A DNA stretch of 64,000 bases from a bacterium (GTDB lineage: Bacteria > Desulfobacterota > DSWW01), in assembly GCA_040756235.1 (NCBI GenBank), contig JBFLZG010000066.1:5891-69890 (forward strand), given 5' to 3'. The position numbers and the translations under genes are program-made. The notes under the pieces were generated by a model. That model saw nothing but the letters and a program-made list of their open reading frames with translations, searched no databases and was not told the origin of the DNA. Of the stretch, positions 18,738-27,032 are shown piece after piece (the first letter of the stretch is position 1; every line of letters begins with the position of its first letter).

Positions 18738-19226
18738 TTGACCACGATCGAGTCGAAGATCCGGACCGCCCGGGAGCTCTTTGGGACGTACGCGGATGTA
18801 TGGCTGCTGGACTCCCGCATCCGGGCCCTGGTCGGCGAGCTCCGGACGCAATTGGATGCGTCCCGAAGAGCGATGTCCGAGGCAGGGATCCCCACCCTCT
18901 GCGTGCGTTGCGAGACGGAGGAGGGGGGCAGTTGCTGCGGGGCCGGGATCGAGGACCGCTACGGCGTCCCGCTCCTGGCCGTGAACCAGCTCCTGGGCTG
19001 CACCCTGCCCGATCGCCGGACGGGGGAAGAGAACTGCTACTTCCTCGGCGCGCAGGGCTGCCGGCTTGCCGCCCGCCACGTGCTCTGCGTCAACTACCTC
19101 TGCCGGAAGATCCAGAGAAGGCTGCCGCGCGAAGCGCTGGTGCGCGTGCAGAACGTGACCGGCGCCGAGCTGGAGACCGCCTTCCGACTCGAAGAGACGC
19201 TCAGACAGTCGATGCGGCCAGCCTGA
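18738..19226 (+). CDS. Cys-rich hypothetical protein (YkgJ/Fe-S cluster-like)
   Basis: CVRC..SCC, CYFL..GC.L..RH..CVNYLC. Start is TTG 18738 or ATG 18717. Confidence 0.7.
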   Translation: MTTIESKIRTARELFGTYADVWLLDSRIRALVGELRTQLDASRRAMSEAGIPTLCVRCETEEGGSCCGAGIEDRYGVPLLAVNQLLGCTLPDRRTGEENCYFLGAQGCRLAARHVLCVNYLCRKIQRRLPREALVRVQNVTGAELETAFRLEETLRQSMRPA

Positions 19227-19447
19227 GCTCAGGGGATCGGCTCGAGAGGCTACACCGGATCGGGCGGACGCGTGCGTCGCCCCTGCAACTACCGTGTCAT
19301 GTTCCGTCATCCCCGGCCAAGGCCGCGGCAGCGGCCGCGCGCCGGGATCCCGGGGCCCAGCGGGATTCCCGCGCCTGCCCCGGACTCGATCCGGGGTTCG
19401 CCGGAATGACGGGCCGGTCCCCCACCATTCCCCGAGTGCATTCGTTC

Positions 19448-19509
19448 TTGACACGAGAACCGTGGCCGTCTTATTCTGACATTGTGCCACAATTCTGACA
19501 CAGTGTCAG
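19448..19509 (+). promoter_or_regulatory. Sigma70-like promoter with probable TetR operator(s)
   Basis: TTGACA-N18-TATTCT; perfect palindrome CTGACAC-A-GTGTCAG (19495-19509) and a degenerate copy at 19476-19490. Confidence 0.7.
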
Positions 19510-19519
19510 GAAACGAGAG

Positions 19520-20191
19520 ATGGCTCGTCGAAACCGCGTCGCAGAGGAGCGCCAGGGGCGGATCGCCCGCATCCTCGAAGCCGGCGAGAAGCTCTTCATC
19601 CGCAAGGGCTTCAACCAGACCTCCATCCTGGACATTGCGGAACAAGCCGACTTCAGCCGCACCTCGATCTACCAGTACTTCCCGGGCAAGGAAGAGATCT
19701 ACGCCTCCATTCTCGAGAAGTACACGGACGAGCTCACCGATCGCATCGCCGGCGCGACCGCGGCCGCTCCTTCCACCGAGGAGAAGATCCGCGCTTTCCT
19801 GGACGAGATGAGGCGCATGAAACGGGAGAAGCCCGATTTCTTCCGCCTCTATTTCATCCAGCGCCACCTCGTGGAGCCGAAGCTCCGGCCCGCGCAGAGG
19901 GCTCAGCTCAACGCGAAGCGGCGGAAGCTGGAGAACGTCTTCCGCGACTTCTACCGGGAGGGGGCGGCCAGGGGCGAGGTCCGGCCCATCCGCATCAAGG
20001 ATGCATCGAACCTCTTCTTTGCGCAGATCATGGGGATGCTGCTGCTGCACGAGTACTATGGGGACGAGTTCGACGTCAGCCTGGACGAGCACCTCGATCA
20101 GTCGCTCGCGATGTATCTCGAGTACGTCGGCAAAGGGAATTCGAAGAGTCGGGCATCGGCAGGCTCAAACCGGAAGGTGTCAAGAGAATGA
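19520..20191 (+). CDS. TetR/AcrR family transcriptional regulator
   Basis: ILEAGEKLFIRKGF..TSILDIA..FSRTSIYQYFPGKEEI HTH. Confidence 0.92.
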   Translation: MARRNRVAEERQGRIARILEAGEKLFIRKGFNQTSILDIAEQADFSRTSIYQYFPGKEEIYASILEKYTDELTDRIAGATAAAPSTEEKIRAFLDEMRRMKREKPDFFRLYFIQRHLVEPKLRPAQRAQLNAKRRKLENVFRDFYREGAARGEVRPIRIKDASNLFFAQIMGMLLLHEYYGDEFDVSLDEHLDQSLAMYLEYVGKGNSKSRASAGSNRKVSRE

Positions 20192-20363
20192 ATGCCCTCT
20201 CCTCCGCGCGCGGGGGAGAGGGTCAGGGTGAGGGGGGGCAGGAGCAGGGGCACCCCTCATCCTGCCCTTCTCCCCTCGGCGAGGGGAGAAGGGAGGAAGA
20301 ATTCGACAGCCCTTTCCACCGGGGGAAAGCGCAGCACGTGACGGAGTTTGGAGGGTCCTGGAC

Positions 20364-22835
20364 ATGGCAAGAGCACTCGACCTCAAGGTTTTGTCGCCCC
20401 AGGAAGAGCGCATCGAGCAGGGCGAGCCGATCGGTCTCGCAACCGCAGAGGCGCAGCGCAAGCGCGCGCGCATCCACCGTATGCTCGCGGGCTTCCGGGA
20501 CAAGCCGATCCGCATCAACCTCGAAAGGGCGCGCCTTTTGACCGAGTCTCTGCGCCGAACCGAAGGCCAGCCGGTCGTGCTCAGATGGGGCAAGGCGGTG
20601 GCTCACATCCTGCGGAACGTGTCGGTGCGCATCGAAGAGGACGAGCTCATCGTCGGCACCGCGGGCCCGCCGGGCCGCTACGCGATCTTCTTCCCCGAGC
20701 TGGAGGAGAAGTTCTTCTCGCACGAGGTAAACCCCAGCAAGCCCGGGGATCTTCTGGCCCTCACGGAGGAGGACGTCCGCGCCATCAACGAGGAGCTCCG
20801 GCCGTACTGGCAGGGCAGGCAGTACCACACGGCCTACATCAACGCCCTTCCCGAGGATACGCGCGCGCTTCTGGAATTGTATTGCCTGGTCATTCCCACG
20901 GCCACGGCCCGATCGAGCCTGGCGTGGAACCATGACTACGAGAAGGTCCTCCGGCGCGGGGTCGGAGGGATCCGGCGGGAGGCCGCAGAGAAGCTGGCCT
21001 CGCTCGACCCGTTCGATCCCAAGGCGAAGGTCGAGAAGGAGCCGTTCCTCGAGGCGGTGGTCCTGGTCTGCGAAGCGATCGTGGAGCTCGCCCATCGCTA
21101 TGCCGCGCTGGCCCGCGCCATGGCCGAGGGGGAGCGAAGCCAGAAGAGAAAGCAGGAACTCCTCGAGATCGCCGCGGTCTGCGAGCGGGTGCCGGAGCAC
21201 CCGGCCCGGACCTTCCGCGAGGCGGTCCAGTCCCAGTGGCTCATCCAGGTCGTCTCCCGTCTCGAGCAGCGCATCGGGGGGACGATCGGCAACGGCCGCA
21301 TCGACCAGTACCTGTATCCTTTCTACAGGAGCGATCTCGACCAAGGCCGGCTGACCGAGGACGAGGCGCTGGAGCTCGTCGAATGCCTGTGGATCGGCAT
21401 GGCCCGCAACGTCGAGATCTACACGTCGCCCGGGAGCCTCTCCTTCACGGACGGCTACGCCCACTGGGAGGCCACCACGATCGGCGGTGTGGACAGGGAC
21501 GGCAAGGACGCCACCAACGATCTGTCCTACCTCATGCTCCGGTCCAAGCGGGAATTCCCGCTGAACTACCCGGACCTGGCCGCCCGCATCCATGCGGGGA
21601 CCCCGGAGCCGTTCCTGCACGCCATCGCCGAGACGATCAAGGAAGGTACCGGCTTCCCGAAGCTCTTCTTCGATGAGGAGATCATCCCTCTCCTGCTGGC
21701 CAAGGGCGGGGCGGTCGCGGAGGCAAACGACTACTGCATCTGCGGCTGCACCGAGGCCAAGATGATCAATCGGGACGCCGTGATGACCGGGTGCGCCTGG
21801 GTGAATCTCGGCGCCGCGGTGGAGATGACCTTGCGCGGCGGCAGGCTGAAGGTCTTCGGAGACAGGCAGACCGGCGCGCCGACGGGCGACCCCAAGGAAT
21901 TCAAGTCCTACGAGGACCTCTGGGGCGCCTTCCGCAGCCAGCTCGAGCTCCTGCTCCGGCACACGTTCGTCCAGCAGTACGTGGCGGACACCCTCAAGGC
22001 GGACTTCATCGCCGCGCCTATGTCGTCCATGCTCCACGACCTCGCCATGCGCGCGTGCAAGGACCTGCACGCCGGCCCGATCGAAGGCGCCCTCTACCTG
22101 GGCTACATCGATACCTTGGGCTTTGCCACTGCGGTCGACTCGCTGGCCGCCATCCGCAAGCTCGTCTTCGACGAGCGCAAGCTCACGATGGGAGAGCTCC
22201 TGGAGGCTGTGGACGCCAATTTCGAAGGCCGCGAGGCGATCCGGCAGCTTTGCCTGAATGCGCCCAAGTACGGCAACAACGATCCCGATGCGGACCGCAT
22301 CGGCCGGGACATCGAAGAGCTCGGGGTGCGGCTGACCCGGAGGTACCCGTCCGCCTTCGGCGGAGAGCTGGACATCCGGTACGTGACGATCACCGCCCAT
22401 GTGCCCTTCGGCGCCGTGCTGGCCGCCACGCCCGACGGCCGCAAGGCCGGGGAGCCGATCTCCGAGGGCGTGAGCCCTTCGCAGGGGGCGGACCGGAAAG
22501 GCCCCACGGCGACGCTCGCCTCGATCGCCAGCACCAAGGCCTCCGGATACCGGGAGCGCGCAGCGCGCCTGCTCAACATGAAGATCTCGCCCTCGGCCGT
22601 GGCCGGCCCCGGGGGCACGAAGAAGCTCATGTCCCTGATCCGGACTGCCTGCGACCTCAAGATGTGGCACCTGCAGTTCAACATCATCAACCGCGAGACG
22701 CTCATCGCCGCCAAGAAGAATCCTGACAAGTATCGGAACCTGCTCGTGCGGGTGGCCGGCTACAGCGCCTATTTCGTGGACCTCACGCCGCAGCTTCAGG
22801 ACGAGATCATTCACCGGACCGAGCACAGCTTTTGA
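20364..22835 (+). CDS. Glycyl radical enzyme, isethionate sulfite-lyase (IslA/HpsG)-like clade
   Basis: Gly loop RVAGYSAYF, Cys loop GCTE, and clade motifs GYAHWEA, YPDLAARIH, RSS..W.HDY and HVPFG. Confidence 0.9.
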   Translation: MARALDLKVLSPQEERIEQGEPIGLATAEAQRKRARIHRMLAGFRDKPIRINLERARLLTESLRRTEGQPVVLRWGKAVAHILRNVSVRIEEDELIVGTAGPPGRYAIFFPELEEKFFSHEVNPSKPGDLLALTEEDVRAINEELRPYWQGRQYHTAYINALPEDTRALLELYCLVIPTATARSSLAWNHDYEKVLRRGVGGIRREAAEKLASLDPFDPKAKVEKEPFLEAVVLVCEAIVELAHRYAALARAMAEGERSQKRKQELLEIAAVCERVPEHPARTFREAVQSQWLIQVVSRLEQRIGGTIGNGRIDQYLYPFYRSDLDQGRLTEDEALELVECLWIGMARNVEIYTSPGSLSFTDGYAHWEATTIGGVDRDGKDATNDLSYLMLRSKREFPLNYPDLAARIHAGTPEPFLHAIAETIKEGTGFPKLFFDEEIIPLLLAKGGAVAEANDYCICGCTEAKMINRDAVMTGCAWVNLGAAVEMTLRGGRLKVFGDRQTGAPTGDPKEFKSYEDLWGAFRSQLELLLRHTFVQQYVADTLKADFIAAPMSSMLHDLAMRACKDLHAGPIEGALYLGYIDTLGFATAVDSLAAIRKLVFDERKLTMGELLEAVDANFEGREAIRQLCLNAPKYGNNDPDADRIGRDIEELGVRLTRRYPSAFGGELDIRYVTITAHVPFGAVLAATPDGRKAGEPISEGVSPSQGADRKGPTATLASIASTKASGYRERAARLLNMKISPSAVAGPGGTKKLMSLIRTACDLKMWHLQFNIINRETLIAAKKNPDKYRNLLVRVAGYSAYFVDLTPQLQDEIIHRTEHSF

Positions 22836-23050
22836 GACGCCGGGGGGTGGTCTACGGGGGAGCAGGGACTGGATTCCGGCCTGCGCCGGAATGACGGAGA
22901 AGCGGACGCTTGTGTTACGTCTTCCCGGGCCAAGGCCGCCGGAGCGGCCGCGAGCCGGGATCCCGGGGCCCAGAGGGATTCCCGCTTGCGCGGGAATGAC
23001 GGCCCTCTATGACACGGGTCCTGCGCGGAAATGACGAAAGACGGCTCCCC

Positions 23051-23983
23051 ATGACCACATCGAACAGCGTGACCGGCCTCGTCTTCAACATCCAGAAATT
23101 CTCGCTCCACGACGGGGCCGGGATTCGGACACTCGTCTTTCTCAAGGGATGCCCGCTGGCGTGCTTGTGGTGCGCGAACCCCGAGGGGCAGTCGCCCGCC
23201 GCCGAGCTGGCCTTGAGCTTGCGGCGCTGCATCGGCACCAAGGAGTGCGGCCGCTGCCTCGAGGCCTGCGATCAGCGGGCCATTCGCGCCGCACCGGAAG
23301 GAGGCCTCTCGATCGACCGGGACGCCTGCGTCCTGTGCGGCCGCTGCGTGGACGCCTGCCCTTGCGGGGCGCTCGAGCTCATGGGGAGGCCGATGACCGT
23401 CGAGGAGGTGGTCCGCGCAGTCGAGGAGGACGGCAGCTTCTACGCCCGCTCGGGCGGCGGGCTGACGCTGAGCGGCGGGGAGCCGCTGCTGCAGATCGCG
23501 TTCGTCGAGCGGCTCCTCGCGACGGCGCGCGGCAGGGGGATCGACACGGCCCTGGAAACCTCGGGGCTCTGCAGGTGGGAGGACCTGGAGGCGGCGTGCA
23601 GGAGCCTCGACCACCTCTTCTACGACATCAAGATCCTGGACACAGCGAAGCACCGGGAGGGCACAGGGGTCGGAAACGAGCGGATCCTGGAGAACCTCGA
23701 GAGGCTCTGCAGCATGCGCACGCACCTTCCGGTGACCGTGAGGACGCCGGTCATTCCGCGGTTCAACGATGCGCCCGCCGACATCCAGGCAGTGGCAGCC
23801 TTCGTGTCACGGTTGCCCGGGCCGGTCTCCTACGAGCTCCTCCCCTACCACGGCTTCGGGGAGCCCAAGTACGGCCACCTCGGCAAGACGTACCCGCTCC
23901 GAGGTGCGTCGCCCCCGGCCCGGGAGCGCATGGCGGCCTTGCAGGCGCTCGTGCCGGAGAGGCTGCGCCCAACTGGAAGATGA
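23051..23983 (+). CDS. Glycyl-radical enzyme activating protein (radical SAM with 2x[4Fe-4S] insert)
   Basis: IQKFSLHDGAGIRT, GCPLACLWCANPE, ferredoxin insert CVLCGRCVDACP, SGGEP and LLPYH. Confidence 0.95.
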   Translation: MTTSNSVTGLVFNIQKFSLHDGAGIRTLVFLKGCPLACLWCANPEGQSPAAELALSLRRCIGTKECGRCLEACDQRAIRAAPEGGLSIDRDACVLCGRCVDACPCGALELMGRPMTVEEVVRAVEEDGSFYARSGGGLTLSGGEPLLQIAFVERLLATARGRGIDTALETSGLCRWEDLEAACRSLDHLFYDIKILDTAKHREGTGVGNERILENLERLCSMRTHLPVTVRTPVIPRFNDAPADIQAVAAFVSRLPGPVSYELLPYHGFGEPKYGHLGKTYPLRGASPPARERMAALQALVPERLRPTGR

Positions 23984-24108
23984 AGGAGCGGCAACTCCCC
24001 CTTTTCCAGAAAATCCCCCCGAACCCCCCTTTTTCAAAGGGGGGCCTCCAACCTTGATGTTCCCTTCCTTCTCCCCTCAGCGAGAGGAGAAGGAAGCAAC
24101 CACGGCCC

Positions 24109-24966
24109 CTACTTCGAGTAGTCGTAGAAGCCCTTGCCGGTCTTGCGGCCGAAGTGGCCGGCCCGGACCATCTTGCGCAGGAGCGGGCACGCCCTGTACT
24201 TGGGATCGCCGAACTCCTTGTAGAGGTTGTCCTGGACCATGAGCAGCGTGTCCAGACCGACCAGGTCGGCCAGGGCAAGCGGTCCGATGGGATGGTTTGC
24301 GCCCAGCACCATGCCCTTGTCGATATCCTCCGCCGAGGCGATCCCTTCCTGCAGGGCGAAGATGGCCTCGTTGATCATGGGCACGAGGATGCGGTTCACC
24401 GCGAACCCGGGCGCCTCGTTCACCGCGATCGGCGTCTTGCCCATTTTCTCGGAAAGCGCCTTGATGACGCCGAACGTCTCTTCGGAGGTGGACTGCCCCT
24501 TGATGATCTCCACGAGCTTCATGACCGGCACCGGATTGAAGAAGTGCATGCCGATCACCTTGTCCGGCCGCTTGGTCGCGGAGGCGATCTCCGTGATGGA
24601 AAGGCCCGAGGTGTTGGAGGCGAAGATCGTTTCCTTCCCGCAGAGCCGTTCGAGCTCGCTGTAGACCTGCTTCTTCAGGTCCATGTTCTCGATCACGGCT
24701 TCGATGACGACCTGGGCGCCCTTCACCGCGGCCGCGAGATCCACGACTCCCGTGACCTTCGCAAGGATCCCCTCGGCCTGCTCGGAGGTCATCTTGCCCT
24801 TGCCGATGGCCCGCTCGTAGTTCTTCCGGATCGTCTTGAGACCGCCCTGGACGAACCGGTCCTCGATGTCGCGCATGGAGACCTCGTAGCCGGCCTCCGC
24901 CGCCACCTGCGAAATTCCCGCTCCCATCAGCCCTGCGCCCAGCACACAGATCTTCCTGATTGCCAT
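24109..24966 (-). CDS. hbd: 3-hydroxybutyryl-CoA dehydrogenase
   Basis: [41 protein letters not shown] and GRKTGKGFY. Confidence 0.93.
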   Translation of the reverse strand: MAIRKICVLGAGLMGAGISQVAAEAGYEVSMRDIEDRFVQGGLKTIRKNYERAIGKGKMTSEQAEGILAKVTGVVDLAAAVKGAQVVIEAVIENMDLKKQVYSELERLCGKETIFASNTSGLSITEIASATKRPDKVIGMHFFNPVPVMKLVEIIKGQSTSEETFGVIKALSEKMGKTPIAVNEAPGFAVNRILVPMINEAIFALQEGIASAEDIDKGMVLGANHPIGPLALADLVGLDTLLMVQDNLYKEFGDPKYRACPLLRKMVRAGHFGRKTGKGFYDYSK

Positions 24967-25087
24967 CTCCGCTCCTCCTTCTCGTCCCCGTTGTCTCATC
25001 TTCTCAGAGGTTTCCGCCGTTGCACTCGACCGTCTCATACAGAGGCGGGACAAAAGCCGGTCCGGCAGCGCACACATTCCCTTTCCA

Positions 25088-25870
25088 TCACTTCCCCTGG
25101 AAGTTTGCCGGCCGCTTTTCCAGGAAGGCCTTGGCTCCCTCGTTCTTGTCTTCCGTTCCGAAGCAGACGCCGCTCAGCTGCGCCTCCCACTTCAATCCCT
25201 CGGCCAGCGGCATCTTCAAGCCTTCGTTGATCGCCTTCTTGGCCATGCGGATGGCGACTGGTCCTTTGGAGAGGATCTTCTTCATGAGCTTCCGAGCCTC
25301 CTCGACCGCCTGTCCCCTGGGCACGACGCGCTCGACCAATCCGATCCGGAGAGCCTCCTGCGCGTTGATGCGCTCGTCGGCGAAGATGATCTCCTTGGCC
25401 TTGCCCGGGCCGATCAGGCGCGGCAGCCGCTGGGTGCCACCGTATCCGGGGATGATGGCGAGATTCACCTCGGGCTGTCCGAAGACCGCGTTCTCGGCCG
25501 CAATGCGGATATCGCAGGACAGGGCGAGCTCGTTTCCGCCGCCGAGGCAGTACCCGTTAATCGCCGCGATGACCGGCAGCTCGAACGCCTCGATCTTGTC
25601 GAAGACCCGCTGGCCTCGTCCCATGAACTCCGGAGCCTCCATTCCGGAGACCTCGAGGAAACCGGAGATGTCCGCACCGGCGACGAACGATTTCTCCCCT
25701 GCGCCCGTGAGGATGACTCCCTTGACCTCCGCGTTCCTCCCCAGCTCGTCAAATCTCTTGTCCAACTGGGCCAGCGTCTCCGGATTGAGCGCGTTCAACG
25801 CGGCCTGGTTGTCGATGGTCACGATCGCGATGCCGTCTTCGATCTGGCATCGCACGAATTCTTTTTCCAT
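25088..25870 (-). CDS. crt: Enoyl-CoA hydratase (crotonase)
   Basis: [27 protein letters not shown] and PGYGGTQRL. Confidence 0.92.
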   Translation of the reverse strand: MEKEFVRCQIEDGIAIVTIDNQAALNALNPETLAQLDKRFDELGRNAEVKGVILTGAGEKSFVAGADISGFLEVSGMEAPEFMGRGQRVFDKIEAFELPVIAAINGYCLGGGNELALSCDIRIAAENAVFGQPEVNLAIIPGYGGTQRLPRLIGPGKAKEIIFADERINAQEALRIGLVERVVPRGQAVEEARKLMKKILSKGPVAIRMAKKAINEGLKMPLAEGLKWEAQLSGVCFGTEDKNEGAKAFLEKRPANFQGK

Positions 25871-25928
25871 TCCTTGACCTCCCTGTCCCCAGTGATTCCG
25901 CCCACATTGATTGATCCTTCGGAAAGTC

Positions 25929-25957
25929 AGCATAGGTAAGTGGGTCCTGGACGTCAA
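25929..25957 (-). promoter_or_regulatory. Sigma70-like promoter of crt-hbd
   Basis: Minus strand TTGACG-N17-TATGCT. Confidence 0.6.
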
Positions 25958-26044
25958 GGCGAAGCGGAGGCGCGCACCGCACGCGTTTGGACCCTGCTCG
26001 GGGGTGTGCTAGCATAGAGTATCCGTGGGGGCGCAGAGTCTGTT

Positions 26045-26389
26045 ATGACGAGTCGCGTCGGATACCTATTCTGCCTCATCTGTTTCTGCTGGTTGCTCGG
26101 CCTGCCGTGCTACCGGGCCTTCCGCGTGGAATCTCCTGCTCCCCTCAGCATGCAGCACCAAGAGGCGGAGATCGTCTCCCGTCTCCCTGAGGACGCCTCT
26201 CCGACGCGGCACTCGCCCGAAAGCCTGTTCCGTCTGAAACCTGCGGCCTGTACCACGCAGGAGATGGTTCCTCCCCGGACCTCCGGCCGCCGGTCGCCTG
26301 TGCGCGAACGCGTCGTTCTCCGGCCCGGACACCCCATCAGGATCTTCAAGCCTCCGATCTCCCTCCTTGGGTCTCTTCTGGATAGCTAG
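26045..26389 (+). CDS. Small hypothetical protein, possible leader peptide
   Basis: Hydrophobic Cys-containing N-terminus, disordered middle, C-terminal IFKPP. Confidence 0.4.
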   Translation: MTSRVGYLFCLICFCWLLGLPCYRAFRVESPAPLSMQHQEAEIVSRLPEDASPTRHSPESLFRLKPAACTTQEMVPPRTSGRRSPVRERVVLRPGHPIRIFKPPISLLGSLLDS

Positions 26390-26592
26390 AGGCTGTCCCG
26401 GAACGCCCATCTGCGGCGTGCCTTGTCAGGGGCCAGGTGTCGGGTTGCAGGTGTCAGTCCCCGCCTCTGCCCTGCCCAACGGGATGTTCTCATCCGCCTG
26501 TTCTCGCGGTGGACTCGGCGTCCGGCGCTGAAACCTGGTACCTGAAACCTGACCCTCTGCTTCGTGCGCCCGGGCATGTTCGAACAGCCCTC
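26389..26592. repeat. GAGGCTGT-family MITE-like repeat
   Basis: GAGGCTGTCCCGGAACGCCCATCTGCGG ... GGGCATGTTCGAACAGCCCTC, preceded by CTA(G). Confidence 0.6.
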
Positions 26593-26655
26593 AAAGCGAC
26601 ATTTCCGCTGCTACGGATCGACTGCTGTCCAAAGCCAGCCGAGAGGAGAAGCAAC

Positions 26656-26763
26656 ATGGAGGAGCGCAAGCGCTTGAACATGAAGATCGCCGGCGTAGTG
26701 ATCGCTGCCGCCGCTTTTTCGGTCGCATTCATCCTGGTTGCCCGCCATTTCGGGTTCGGTTGA
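26656..26763 (+). CDS. 35-aa single-TM small protein
   Basis: Strong GAGGAG RBS; MEERKRLNMKIAGVVIAAAAFSVAFILVARHFGFG. Confidence 0.5.
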   Translation: MEERKRLNMKIAGVVIAAAAFSVAFILVARHFGFG

Positions 26764-27032
26764 TCAACAGGTCCTCCCCGGAGGGGGTATTTCCGCCCGG
26801 GTGCCGGTGTTACCCGGCCGGACCTACCCCCTCCTCATGTTCTCTCCCCTCCCTCCCGCTGCGCGCCCGGTTGACAATGCTCGAAGGCACGGTGTTATAC
26901 TGCGCCCGCCTTATCCCCCTCGACCGAGAGCCCCTTCCTTCGGAAGGTGTCGAACAACACCTTCTTGAGAGGCTGGTGAGAAATGGCCGGATGGCCTTTG
27001 CCGACAGCCTCTTTGCAGGAGAACCTCCCGCC

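Noticed and set aside
20364-22835. GRE as pyruvate formate-lyase
   Set aside because: It lacks the adjacent Cys-Cys motif, has the GCxE eliminase loop, and its activase carries a ferredoxin insert.
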